The notes: a model not told the origin generated them from the letters alone. A DNA stretch of 64,000 nucleotides from Pavona decussata (GCA_977016875.1 CDRNST010000036.1:2480001-2544000); one strand, 5' to 3'; shown: positions 37,499 to 50,849, numbered from the stretch's first letter. A program made the numbers and translations.

Positions 37499-40400
37499 AT
37501 TAAACCATTGATTTTGTTTTGAGAGTCTAGTATCAACAAATGAAAAAGGATGGGGAGTTGCCGAAGTTGGGATAAAATGCCCGGTATTTTCAGTCCAGCT
37601 TGCATTTCACTAACAAGAGGATTACCACTTTTGTTAGGGGACAGCACCTCCTGTCACTAAGCCTGTCGCAAGTGGCACAGGTGTCCATGCGGGGAAGACC
37701 GAACTTTAAATTGCATTCGGCGTCATATGTGACGATACCTGTGTTCCGTTACTACCTGCTTGATTTTTGGTGGTAAAGGAAACCTCCTCTCTTGCCTTGC
37801 CTTCAATATATCTTTCTCCCTTTGGACAACTTCAGGCTCCTCTCCCTCTAGGTATTGCTTATACATCCTTTGTATGCTGAGGCTGGGGTTAAGGAATCTT
37901 TTTAAGGGGGCATCTGCTCTGGAGTAGTGGCTGGTTATTCGTGGATAGGACTAAATGCCATTCTTTATCAGAATAAACTCATTTTATTTCAAAATTCTTT
38001 TATAGTTTGATAGCCAGCTCTATAAGCTTGGTGGTCTCAGAGGTGGTGTCAGATGCTAGCCTTGCCTTCTTGGCGAGTGGTTTTGGGTTGGGGTCCTCAT
38101 CTTTTCTGGCGGGTGGCTTAGCTTTCTTTCTTTTTTTTTTGTTGAAACCGGCTTGGAAAATGAGGCAGGTTTAGAGGTGGGGTCATCTTTGCTAGACTCC
38201 GAGTCTTCAGACGATGAAGATTCGCCTTCTTCCTCGGGTTGATATGAAGGGTCACCCACCTCCTCCTCGCTGTCAACCAGTTCTTTTTCCAATTGTTGGC
38301 CCTCGTAAGTAAACACCTTCTCGCTACAACGTTCTACAAATTGTTGGAGGAAGTTGAGTTCCTCCAGAAGAGTAGTGCATGTATCGGCCCCATCCACCAT
38401 CGCAACCAATGCCTCTGCTGGTTCCGTTTCCTGAAGTTATACAGTAACCTTAAGATCTCCTGTCTTCAAATACGATGATTTCTGTCTCAATTTAAGATGG
38501 TGTTGCATAAGACGGAAAACTTACGGAAAATCTTGGTGTAAGATTTTAATTTTGACGGAGCATTGTAGTACATTGACTATGTTGTGCGTCCGAAGTAATA
38601 GGATTATAAGTTGAACTGGTGGTAATACTAAGATCAACGGAAAAGATTAACCCTGGCAAAAGTGTGGAGTAGCGTGATTAAGTAGAAGCAGAAATGATCT
38701 TACCCGCTCAGTGGTTTCTGGCTTTATTTTGTTTGGCCTGTTGTTGTGTTTTCCTTGCTAGTTTTTCGTGTTGGCGTTGAACGTACTCTTTGTAGGTGTT
38801 TCTCTCCAATTCCATGAATGGACGTAAAGGCTGTTTTGCAGACGTTGATTTTTTGGTTAGTTTCTGCAAATCAGTCAATCAATCAAGGAAGTAAGCAAGC
38901 AATCAATCAATCATTAATTAATTCATGATCGGGGAAAAAAAGTAAGCTACAAATAGAAAAAAAATGTTATAAGCAATGAAGGAACAATCTTAGAAAACGT
39001 TTTGTAACGTTCAAAACCACAGTTCAATTAACCCTTTGATCTCATACTTTGGCTCTATGGCACCTATTTGAGATGCATGTGATGATGAACAAAACAAAGT
39101 GATGATGATTTCACTCCCATGGCAAAGAAGTATAGACACACTTCTAACAGTGTAGTACCTGAACCCTCTCTTATGTACACTACAAAGGGACTGAACCTGG
39201 GCACTAGAAGAAAGGATCCAGAATAACTTGCCAAAATTTGCCGAAATTCAGGGAATGGAATAAACCTTCGGTGAGAATGGGAACTACAGTGAGGTATGCG
39301 TTTTTAACAGTTACCCAACTCATACTTAAAATGTAAATTCCAACAAAAGCCTTAAACCATTGATTTTGTTTTGAGAGTCTAGTATCAACAAATGGAAAAG
39401 CATGGGGATTTGCCGAAGAGGGAATAAAATGCCCAGTATTTCCAGTCCAGCTTACATTTCACTAACACAAGGATTACCACTTTTGTTAGGGGACAGGACC
39501 TCCTGTAAAATGTTCTGCCTTTTTGTCGCCCCACATGGTCTGGTAGCCCTGTGTTGCCCTGTCCTTGTGATCCGCTAATTCCTGCTGGGCGACTGTGTTA
39601 CTTCAATCAGACTTAATGCTTAGACTAAGCCTGTCACAAGTGTCCATGCGGGGAAGACCGAACTTTAAATTGCATTCGGTGTTATATATGTGACGATACC
39701 TGTGTTCCGTGACTACCTGCTTGATATTTGGTGGTAAAGGAAACCTCCTCTCTTGCCTTGCCTTCAATATATCTTTCTCCCTTTGGACAACTTCAGGCTC
39801 CTCTCCCTCTAGGTATTGCTGATACATCCTTTGTATGCTGAGGCCGGGGTTAAGGAATCTTTTTAAGGGGGCATCTGCTCTGGAGTAGTGGCTGGTTATT
39901 CGTGGATAGGACTTAATGTGATTCTTTATCAGAATAAACTCATTTTATTTCAAAATTCTTTTATAGTTTGATAGCCAGCTCTATAAGCTTGGTGGTCTCA
40001 GAGGTGGTGTCAGATGCTAGCCTTGCCTTCTTGGCGAGTGGTTTTGGGATGGGGTCCTCATCTTTTCTGGCGGGTGGCTTAGCTTTCTTTCTTCTTGTTT
40101 TCTTTTTTGTTGTTGTTGAAACCGGCTTGGAAGATGAGGCAGGTTTAGAGGTGGGGTCATCTTTGCTAGACTCCGAGTCTTCAGACGATGAAGATTCGCC
40201 TTCTTCCTCGGGTTGATATGAAGGGTCACCCACCTCCTCCTCGCTGTCAACCAGTTCTTTTTCCCATTGTTGGCCCTCGTAAGTAAACACCTTCTCGCTA
40301 CAACGTTCTACAAATTGTTGGAGGAAGTTGAGTTCCTCCAGAAGAGTAGTGCATGTATCGGCCCCATCCACCATCGCAACCAATGCCTCTGCTGGTTCCG

Positions 40401-41420
40401 TTTCCTGAAGTTATACGGTAACCTTAAGATCTCCTGTCTTCAAATAAGATGATTTCCGTCTCAATTTAAGATGGTGTTGCATAAGATGGAAAACGTACGG
40501 AAAATCTTGGTGTGAGATTTTAATTTTGATGGAGCATTGTAGTATATTGACTATGTTGTGCGTCCGAAGTAATAGGATCATGAGTTGAACTGGTGGTAAT
40601 ACTAAGATCAACCCAAAAGATTAACCCTGGCAAAAGTGTGGAGTAGCGTGATTAAGTAGAAGCAGAAATGATCTTACCCACTTAGTGGTTTCTGGCTTTA
40701 TTTTGTTTGGCCTGTTGTTGTGTTTTCCTTGCATGGTTCTTCCTGTTGGCGTTGAACGTACTCTTTGTAGGCATTTCTCTCCAATTCCATGAATGGACAT
40801 AAAGGCTGTTTTGTAGACGTTGATTTGTCGGTTAGTTTCTGCAATCAGTTAGTTAAGCAAGCAAGCAATTAATCAATCATTAATTAATTCAAAATCGGGA
40901 AAAAAAAGTAAGCCACAAATTAAAAAAAAATGTTATAAGCAATGAAGGAATAATCTTGGAAAAGGTTATGTAACGTTCAAAACCACAGTTCAATTAACCC
41001 ATTGATCTCATTCTTCGGCTCTATGGCACCTGTTTGAGATGCATGTGATGATAAACAAAACAAAATGATGATGATTTCATTCCCATGGCAAAGAAGTATA
41101 GACACACTTCTAATAGTGTAGTACCTGAACCCTCTCTTCTGTACCCTACAAAGGGACTGAACCCGGGCACTAGAATAAAGGATCCAGAGTAACTTGCCAA
41201 AATTTGCCGAAATTCAGGGAATGGAATAAACCTTCGGTGAGAATGTGAACTACATTGAGGTATGTGTTTTTAACAGTTACCCAACTCGTACTTAAAATGT
41301 AAATTCCAACAAATTTACCTGTAGTAATGTGGTACTTGTAGGTAGTTCTTTTTTGCCCGGTTTGTAGCTGGGTTGTATCTTTCTCCTTTTCCCTGAGTGC
41401 CAACCCAGGTGGGGTTTCTG
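37499..41420 (-). mobile_element. Two tandem ~1.9-kb partial copies of an intron-containing Sola1-like transposase
   Basis: Unit 1 is 37499-39349, unit 2 is 39352-~41310. Exons encode [49 protein letters not shown] and [21 protein letters not shown]; homologous to 58345-62700. Confidence 0.8.
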
Positions 41421-42229
41421 TAAAAACCACCCAAATCAAATTTTCATTACAAAGCCAAATGAAAATCCAAGAGCATAACCGACTTATGTTGCCCTGTTTT
41501 CGATTTCGCTCGGATTTGTCTGAATTTTTGCTCTTTCTGGTTTTGAAAACATTTTGCGGTTTCACAATCGTGGACAAAACTCCTTGAGAAAACCAAACAC
41601 AAATAGAACAAAAACCACTTGGCTACTATTTGTCTCTTGTTAATTGTACCACAGAACCTTGCTTCTCTTTCTCACCCCCTCCCCCTATGCAATGACAACC
41701 GAACACAGACAGCCAAACAACCACTCACTTACTGTTTCTCCCTTCGTAATTCTACCACAGTTACTTCTCCACCCCCCCCCCCCTCCCCCCGCTCCGCCTT
41801 ATGCAATGTTGATGTGGGAAGTGATGCTTGCCATGAATGTGTTCGTGACCCAAAAGACAACATTGAGTTGGGGGAGGGGGGATTCTGGAGTTTTCTTGTT
41901 TACAAGTGAATGGCTTGGAAGGTAAATTTTCTTATAGGATTTATCCATGTAAGAGTCGTTTTCCAAATTATTGGTAGGCTAAAAGTTTCCACTGTCCACG
42001 AGCCGTGTTTAGTCGCATCAGCTGTTGTTTCTATAACTAATGTTTGTGATGACATCATGGTTTGCTTTTGCGGGTTGTAACAAGCCCAAAATAGATCAAG
42101 GCGGTCGGGATAAACAACTTGTGTATCATACTGGCTAGTTGGTTTCCCTTTTGTTTGGAAAACAATTTCGAAAAATATCTATAAACAGTTAAAATGTAAA
42201 TTTAAGATAGAAAGTGTACCACAGTTACT

Positions 42230-43010
42230 CAAGTTTCATGCACTAATCGATCATCAGACTGTACCATTGAGTTTGTAGAGCTATAATTTAAGGATGGCAG
42301 TTGGAGCGATCTTGTTTCTGATTGGCTGCGTAGAATTTATTTTCATGCCTGCCTTTGATAATTAAATCAGATCGTTTGTTGAGGAGGGTAGATTTGTCTG
42401 CATATAGGATGCAGAGCTTCTCAGATAAGCACAAATTGCAGCGCAAAGGATGTCCATGATGTGGATTTGCTCGTTTGATAAAAGACCATTTGATCGTGTT
42501 AATGGTGCCATTATCCTTCTGGTCCCAGATGTACATGGAGAGAACAGTGTCATGTGAATGTTTGTGGCGGTTGAAGAAAAGCTTGTGGTTGTTATATCAC
42601 GTTTTGAAAGTATGCTCCGTCTTTCCTATATAAATCTTCTTATCACTTGATGTGGTGGTGACATCTGCCCTGTAAACGATACCGCTGGCAAGACACGTAC
42701 CATCAAGAGGGCAAAGGTCTTTCTTCCTGTAGTTGCATTTGTCAGGCTCATTGTTGTTGTCCCTCAGTATCTTTGCGTAGTGGCGCTTGATGATGTTTGC
42801 CATGTTGCTTGTGCAGCTATGGCTGACTTTCACATTGTTCCTGTTGAACAGCGTGTGGAGGATGTGCACTTTGGGGAAATGTTTATCGATCAAGTAGAGG
42901 AACGATCTTGCAACATTCATCTGGATATTTTCACTGTGAGGTGGGTTAAACCACATGATATTTCTAAACAGTTTATAGAGTTTTTTCTTCCTTGGAGAAG
43001 TCATTTAAGT
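42230..43010 (-). mobile_element. Penelope-like element 3' fragment (GIY-YIG endonuclease)
   Basis: RNIMWFNPP..LIDKHFPK..FNRNNVKVSHSCTSNM..CPLDGTCL..IVYRADV..YIGKTEHTFK..CNLCLSEKLCIL..LLNKRSDL. Confidence 0.9.
42233..42257 (-). ncRNA. Minimal hammerhead-ribozyme core of the Penelope pseudo-LTR (degenerate)
   Basis: Minus strand CTGATGA-TCGATTAGTGCAT-GAAAC just 3' of the GIY-YIG ORF. Confidence 0.5.
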
Positions 43011-43124
43011 TTTTCTCCAAGGTGCCATAAGAGCAATTTCATGATAGAAAAGTGGTTCTTTGGCAAATGGTAGCAGTTTTGATCAACAGTGGTAATAACT
43101 TATTAGTCATAGACAGTTAATATT

Positions 43125-45050
43125 TACCTCCTATAAGAACATCATGGGGATACTTTTTGCAAATGTCTAGTTCTCAATCATCGTGGATTGTTTCAAAATA
43201 ATCCATTCCTTCTTGTGATAACTGGTACTGGGTGCGTTCAGCTATGACAGTTGTGACCTTCTCCTATTGAGTATGTTCTCTTGCCTTCAATGTATAAGAT
43301 TACCAGGAAAGCCACTACAAGAAACGATATCAGCAAATTAATTGCTTCTAGATTTACCTATAAAGATAAGTGCTTGTGTTAGAAATAAGGGGGGGGTGTA
43401 AAATATAATTTTAATATAGTTTTCAGATCCAATAATGAACATTTGCATTAACCGATACCAGAATTTATTTTTTATTAGTATATCTTAGCATTCTTGATTT
43501 CCAGTTAAAGACAAATAAGTATACCAAGTGAATGAAAGTAATAATAATAATAATTTTATTTCTATAGCGTGAAAATCATTAATATGATCTAACGTGCTTT
43601 ACAAATAACAAACTGAAGGTTATTGTTTTCTGGTTGCAGTTGTTGTTGTAGTGATAAGTTATTATTATTACCACATTAAGGGTATGGTCTTTTAAAGATA
43701 TAGCTGTGTTAAACAGCAGGAGCATGTTTAAAGGAGGTGATATGTGTCAAAAGTGAAAGTTTGCATAAAACGTATTTTTATGGATATACGGTTACAGAAT
43801 GTAATGTTTAATTGCTGCACTGCAATAAGAACTAAAATTTTTATTTTACTGGTTATAAACAACAGTGTTGAAAGTAAAATGGAATAAGTGAAAACACACC
43901 TAATTCATCGTGAAACCTTCAACCTTTTCCTTCTCTGTTACTTCATGGCCTGGTTTGCTCATCGTCCAAAAAAATGGTTCTGGAAAGTACCAAAGGATGC
44001 GTGAAGTAAACCCCTTTGCATTGTTCTGGGTGTCTTCAATTATGGGCAGGACGTGAAAAAAAAGTTCATTGGTGAAACGTTTGACCTTTTCCTTCTCTGT
44101 TACTTCATGGCGTGTTTTGCTCATCTTTCCAAAAAAAAAAAAAAAAAAAAAAAAGCGATGCTGGCAAGTACCAAAGGATGCCTGAACCCCGTTTGTATTG
44201 TTATGGGTTTCTTCAATTATGGGCAGTGCTGTCTGATGTTGAGTAAATCAAAACAGAGTGAATGATGTTTGGTGCATGCGGAAGCTGCCATTTCCTGTAA
44301 CTGAAATAAAATAGGGAATACTTAAAATCTTAGTTTGTGTTAGGTTAAAGATATTTATGATAAAAGGTGTGAGAGGTAACTTGTCTAATTATGTAGTATG
44401 CTTTTTAAAAGCCTATTTTTTTGGTTTTGTTTTTTTTGAATAGCAATACCTACATTATGTTTTGGTTTAGGTTTTGGAACTAACATAAAATTTAACAAAG
44501 TGTAATAGCATAAATGTATTGCTTTTAAATTTTCAGTTGTTTCATTGACCAATAGGTAACTGTCATGAAATTTATTTGCAGTCTCTGTTTCGTCCTGTTT
44601 CTATGAAATAGAATCGTATACTGAAATTATTTTTGCAATTGTTTTTTTCTTGGAATAAATTTAAATTAATATGTTTTAGTTCAAACGTACCTATTTCTCT
44701 TGTTTTGGTGTTACCAGTGTACATTTGTGAGAAATCTTGATATTCCTTTGTGTCGGACTCCTGCATTTTTACAGAGGAGTACATATTCATTGTTGACAAG
44801 AATGCAGTCAATTCATCAGAGCCCCAATTATCCTCCCTTCAGAATTGGCAAGAATTTCCCCAACTCATCCCAAGTGCAATGAGGGAGGAAGATGTTCTTA
44901 GCTTTTTCACTTCTGATTGCACCCTCAGTCTTTACTCTCTCCATCAAATCAGTCAAGAACTGGTGAAAGTTGCTTTTACATCTTCCTGTGTAACAGAAAT
45001 ATCACTCATATGACCAGCCTTAGACTTTAAAAATGAGAGTATCTTTAATT
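43125..45050 (-). pseudogene. Spliced DUF3987/YfjI-like (helicase-like ATPase) pseudogene
   Basis: WDELGKFL..LGL/DELTAFLSTMNMY..DTKEYQDFSQMYTGNTKTREI, then phase-1 intron 44301-44690 (GT..AG), then VTGNGSFRMHQTSFTLF*FTQHQTALPIIE..NNAKGFTSRILWYFPEP. Stops, frameshifts and an internal duplication (43912-44230). Confidence 0.6.
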
Positions 45051-45889
45051 CATAGCACCAATTGTGCAGCAGTTTTATAAAAAACTAAGAAATGGTTCTT
45101 TAAGGTCCAGTTTTCATTAACTTAAGTGTATTCTTGGCAAATGATAATTAATGCTTTTTGGATGGCCTTTCAATGAGAGGAAACTGGTATTTGCTTACAA
45201 AATACCTTTCATATTCAGCCTCTCTCATTTCCGACATTTTGGTGTTTTTCTTCAAAAAGTTGTTATGTCAGAAATAGTTTTTAATACAGGAAAGAACATA
45301 CAGGATTCTCGGGAAATATTGGAAGTATGGGCCAAATTTTGGAATCAGACAGTGGTTCTCTATGAGCTGATTTTAGGAGTTAAAGGCAGTATGGACACTT
45401 TGTTCCTAGTAGGTTTGTCTGCCTCCTGTTGACTAGTCTTAAATGGGGATATTTAGTTCATAGCACATAGTGGCTGGGGCCCGGGAGGAATACCATGGTA
45501 AGGTCAAAATGGGTGTCATTAAATGTTTTTCGTAGCATACTTTTTTTGTTGATGACAAGTTTGACCATTGTAGTGGTTTAGTTCACCAAAATAAGAAGCT
45601 ACAATTCAACGCTATATGTTCTTGCATAACTCAGCATAGCCCTGATTCGAGTACAAATGCGCATGCCCTATGTCATTGTGTTACATGACAAACTATGACA
45701 TTTTCCTTTTTCCGAATAAACAGGATGACAGTAGTGACGCACGCAAACTGGAATTTGTCACATGTTCGAATACCAATGTCCACTATTCAAGTAGAATGTT
45801 TCTGTCATTGACCAATAACTGCAACAATAACTCAAAGGCAAAAAAAAAAGAAAGTTAGTGTTCAGTTCATAGGTTCAACTTTTCAGGAG

Positions 45890-48800
45890 GTTTGATCACC
45901 CTGGAGGATCGGCACAGCCTAAACTCCCTGTCCACAGATCCTGTCGTAGTTTGGGGCAGGTTGCTAGGGATGTAGGAACAGAATCCTCCTGTACATTCGA
46001 TTTGGGCTCCACAGTTTCCATGTCACTACCATCGTGTAATGTGATGTTTTCTCCCGTAGGCCGATTGTGGCTATGGTTACATCTGCATGTGCTGCCATCT
46101 GCCATGATCACAACATATGAGCGGGGAGTGTCTGTATGACTTTTGACAGTACCAGGTTCCCATTTGTGGCTGTGTGGCTTGAGTATGCGCACTGGGTCCT
46201 CAGGGTGTAAGATGGGAAGCTGCTTTACATGTGGCTTTGTACACGTCACCTTTAGTCCCTACTTTCCACAGGCCAATAGCTTTATTGAAAGAGCTGTGCA
46301 AACAGTAAAAGGCCTCTTTCAGAAATGCAAGGAATCTGGTTCTTATCCTCACCTTGCCATGTTGTCGCTACGCAGCACCCCTCTCGACCACAACATCCCA
46401 TCACCAGCAGAACTTTTGAACTCGAGCATTCCAGACCAACTTTCCTGCGGTCTCCAAGCCAGGCCTATCTCTGTCAGCTAATGGTGACATCAACGCCAAA
46501 CTTCAAACATGACAGGAGAAACAACGGTTGCAGGATGACAAAATGTGCTGGTGAACTCTTGGAACAATGAGAGGTAAACCGAGTGTTGTGTTTGCTTGGA
46601 ATGCCGTGCTCCTCAAATACGGATTTCAAGTGGGTGACTGTCGTGTCTGATTGGATGTTGTCCAGCTTCCTCACCAGGGGGAATTTGCTATAATAATCAG
46701 ATACTAGTAGGTAGGGTGATTTCTTCCAGAACAACAAATCCTATCCCAGCATGTTCCATGTCTTTTGCGGAATATTGTGGAGCATGAGGGGCTCCTTCAC
46801 ATTCATGCCGTGATTGTGTTGGTAGGGAGCGCAGCACTTGACCATCTCTTCAATGTCCTGATTTATGTTGGCCAAAAACACGGAACCCTTGGGATGGAGT
46901 TTGCACTTCTCTGCACCTTGGTGTGCATAGTGTAGCTGTCACAAAACATCAGCATCCACACTCTTAGGGACCAGGATCAGTGTACCCTTTAGGATAATGC
47001 CATCAGTGACAGTTAATTCGTCACGGTACTTCCAGTACGCATGTAGGTGCAATGGACACTGATCTAGTGTTAGGCCAGCCTTGTGTGATAACTGCACGCA
47101 GTGAGAGAAGGACTTAATCCTTAGCTGTTCATTTCTTAATTTGTTTAACCCGTGTCAGGGTGGCATAGGTGAAGATGTATTTCGTTGACAGAAACATCTA
47201 ACCCGTTGATGGTGTCCCCTGGGCATGGGCTAACTTGAGACAAAGCGTGAGCTTGTGGAATGTCCTTTCCTGGGACGTACTTTATTCCACGTCATATTTC
47301 TGGATTGTGAGCATCATTCTTGCGATGGTTGGCGGGGCAGATGAGATGTCTTTTTAAAAGATTGATTCCAATGGCTTGTGGTCTGTCTCCACAGTTACAT
47401 GTCCGCCATAGGCAAAGTAGTGAAATTTTTCAAGGCCATGTAAGACGGCAAGCATTTCTCTTTCAATGTTGCAATAGCGTGCTTCCGTGTCTGTGAGGAG
47501 CTTTCTTCTGTATTCGATAGGACTTTGGTCCTGAAGGAGTGTTGCACCAAGGCCACGTGGATGGTGACTGGCTTTGTGCCATTGAAGTACTTGACTGAAC
47601 TGACCGATGTGACTGCGTGCTTGACCTTGTCAACTGCCAGGTGGTGTTCTGGGCCCCACTGGAACTTATTCTCTTTCTTGATCAGGTCCCAGAGGCAGGC
47701 TAATAACGAAGCTAAATTAGGTACAAATCGGTTGAGAAATTGCACCACACCTTATCCTGCACTTGTCGGGAATGCAACAGATGCCAGTTTCACGTGCACG
47801 TTGTATGACAGCCCTCAGGTTTGCATCATGGTCATTGAGGTCATGGCCGTAAAATAACTATATTAGCAGCAATACCCATAGCACCTGGAAGGTTACCAAA
47901 TGTCTTGTCTACCTTCTTCTGGAAGATATTCTGGGCAGAGATCAGGCCGAAAGTAAGCCTCAAGAATCAATATCTGCCGTGTGGGGAATTGAAGGTGGTG
48001 TACAGGGTGCTTTTGTGGTCAAGTTGGATATTCCAGTAATTACTAGGGGCATCAACAATGGAGAAGTATTTCGCGTCGCTCAGCTGTGGTAGGATGTCTT
48101 GGTATTGTGTATCGGTGTGGCCCTTTGATTGCATGATTGAGGTCTTTGGGTCGAGGCACAGTCAGAGTGTGCCGTTACTCTTGGTAATGCAGACCAACGA
48201 GTTAACCCAGTCGGTGGGTTTATCTACTTTGGTTATGATGCCTTGCTGGACCAGTGTTTCCAGTACCTTTTTGAGTGGTTCACGCAGTGCTTTGGGTACT
48301 CGGCATGGAGGATGAATGAGTGGTGGAACAGTGGGGTCCAGGGTAATGTGGAATTCTCCTTTGAAACAGCCAATGCCTTCAAAACAGTCCTTGTACTGGC
48401 AAATAAGGTCCTACTTTGCATCTGCACTAGTGGTGTTGGGGCTGCAATTGACAGTAACAAGTTTCATATCCCAGCAGGTCAGGAGGCCCAGAATCGTTGG
48501 TCCATTTGTGTTCACGCCGTGAAATTAGTAGGGTTTGGAATGGCCATCATGTGATAAGCGAAGCTCGCAAGTGCCATAATGCTGTATAATATGACCACCA
48601 AAGGCTGTGATAGTGGTGTCTGAAGAGGTCTGTCCTAGGGGTGCACCTTCGGGGTCGCATGCAGGCAGTGGAAACAGCTGCTTATATGTGTGTACAGGGA
48701 TGACATTTCCTTCAGCCCGGGTCAATCTTCCATAGCAGGGGCGTTATGCCTTGACCCACCTCCACTCCTATCTTTACTAGGGCTGAAAGTATCGGTTTCG

Positions 48801-49600
48801 AAGATGCTGTCAATGCACAGCAAGTGAAAGTACAGCTTCGGAGTGTCTTGAGTGTGCGAAGTGCCCCATGGTGATGTTGAGAATTTTATGTCAAGTTCAG
48901 TCGCGTCTAGGGTGTGTATGCCCTGTTGCTGAGAAGAGGAAAGAGCTTTTCAAGTTGGTGAATGGCAATGCTTTTTACAGCCCTTTACAGTGGCCATCAT
49001 GGGTGAGACGTGCGTTCTGGGAAAAGCGTTTGTCAGATGGATACTCGTTCAAAATGATGCTGTTCTTGGCTGGCAACAGCCTAGATCCTCACATTGTCTG
49101 CAAATAGGTGATGCTATCACAACACTGGTGTGGAGACAGTAAGAAGACGGCAAAGAGGGCCAGGCGGATTGTCTGGGTAATTGCCAATGTGAATTCTATT
49201 TCGACACTTATCATCAGAAGATCCTGCACATGAATGGAGACATTCATTCTAAAAAGGCATAGCTGATTGGTAAATGGCATTTGCTGGAACCATGGCTTTA
49301 CACCCAACAGCTCCTTAAGGAGCCACCAATTACAAGTAAAGTCCTTAACCAACAATGATATATTGCTCCAGAAGTCCAAATGATAATACTACCTTTTTCT
49401 CTAGGCTGTTCTTTGAAAGTAGGTGCGAACATGCGCTCTAACAGGTCAGCCCCAATTCTTACGTGGTTGGCTTCGCCCACAGCTTGTCTTTCTTTTCCTC
49501 TTTTTTATGTGGCAGCTGTCCTAAAAATGGGTTTTAAACTTGTCCTTTAGGCCACAAGCGCTCTATAAATTTTTGAATTTCCATTTTCAATCCATGGCAC
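45890..49600 (-). mobile_element. Degenerate Ty3/Gypsy retrotransposon (gag remnant, protease, RT, RNase H, integrase)
   Basis: Protease KID/TRAEGNVIP; RT DWVNSLVCITK..CLDPKDLN; MVQFLNRFVPNLA..FQWGPEH; integrase YLLVSDYYSKFP..VFEEHGIP; C-terminal PRSYVV. Confidence 0.9.
48868..49230 (+). pseudogene. Unnamed small-protein family member (paralog of 63419-63843), lying antisense in the Gypsy gag region
   Basis: KRKELFKLVNGNAFYSPLQWPSWVRRAFWEKRLSDGYSFKMMLFLAGNSLDPHIVCK*VMLSQHW aligns without gaps to the 63517 ORF. Confidence 0.65.
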
Positions 49601-50003
49601 ATGAAACCTAAAACTGTATTCAATGGGCTTGTTTTTTCACTGATGAAGGGCCTTGTTGTTCAGAGCCCTTCCCTGCATGCCAAGTTGTTTGGGGGCCAGT
49701 AGTTTGGGGCACAGGCTACCTCTGTTAGCTCATGTGAGAGATTACACTCATTGTTGAAGCAGTGACATTGGGAAGATTTTCTACGGCTAAAAACCGGCAG
49801 TTCAAATTCAAGAGTTGTGTTGTTTCAATGTAGGAGGGACATCTGCGCAAGAGGTAATTTAGGGTACTTCACAAAACATAAAGTACAAAACCAATTTTTA
49901 CAGGGGATCTCTCTGTCAAAGTATCAAAATACATTCCTTCATACTTAATTATGGACCAGGCTAAAGATTTTGAACCCCCTCTTCCTCTTTATCTAGGTTA
50001 TAG

Positions 50004-50160
50004 TGTAGTTCCATAAAAAAATCCATACCCACCCCATGGAAGGTCATCCAAAATTTTTAGGGGTAGGCGGTTCTTTAAAGTCAAAATTTGTTACACAAAG
50101 TATGAAGGTGAACTGTAATTTCCTGGGGGATGGGTATGGATATTTTCTGGAACTTTACAT
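50004..50160. mobile_element. Short MITE
   Basis: tgtagttccataaaaaaatccataccc ... gggtatggatattttctggaactttaca. Confidence 0.65.
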
Positions 50161-50849
50161 TGTTGCTCACTCATCTTATTTGTGTCAACATCCTATTCAT
50201 AGCTATTATATTGTGCATAATTTGTAAGGTTGTGTATTTTTCTTTTCTCCAAAGGAAATCTTTTTGCGGGGTTGAGATTTCACCTATGGGAATTTTAAAA
50301 TATTGGCTAAGGTGCAACCAACAACCTGGCTTTTGAGGGTATCTGGTCACCTCGCCACCAGGGAGTTTTGCCACCAACCAACTCGCCACCAGCCAACTTG
50401 CCACCAAGCGAAGTCTTCTCTGATAAGTCGAGGAGAAATAGCTGTTCGGGGACTATAATTTTCATCGATTCACTTGTCTGTATGCATATTACGACCTTTA
50501 CCGAAGCGATGTCTAGGGAGCTTACTGACGGCATTTTCGAAACTCGCTGTGTTGTGCTTGTAATCTTGAGAGCGAGAAACTGTAAGCTCAGTGTGAGCCT
50601 GAACGAACACTTGCTAGCTGCAACTGAAGCTTTCGTAAGCTTTCTCTAATTCAACTTCATTGACCGCTTGCTTAATTGCTTTTGCGTAAGCAGCCCTGCG
50701 GAGCCAATCGAACGCTCGGTAATCGTACTCCAATCGTTCGATTGTTTTGGATTGCGTTCCGCAATCGAACATATTCGAACTCACCCCACTTCTTTAATCG
50801 AACAGAATCGAACTGTAGACCAAAAGAGCTTTGTAATTTATTCCAATTT

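Noticed and set aside
49619-49655. Third hammerhead candidate (CTGATGA AGGGC...GCCCT)
   Set aside because: No GAAA box after the stem and no adjacent Penelope ORF.
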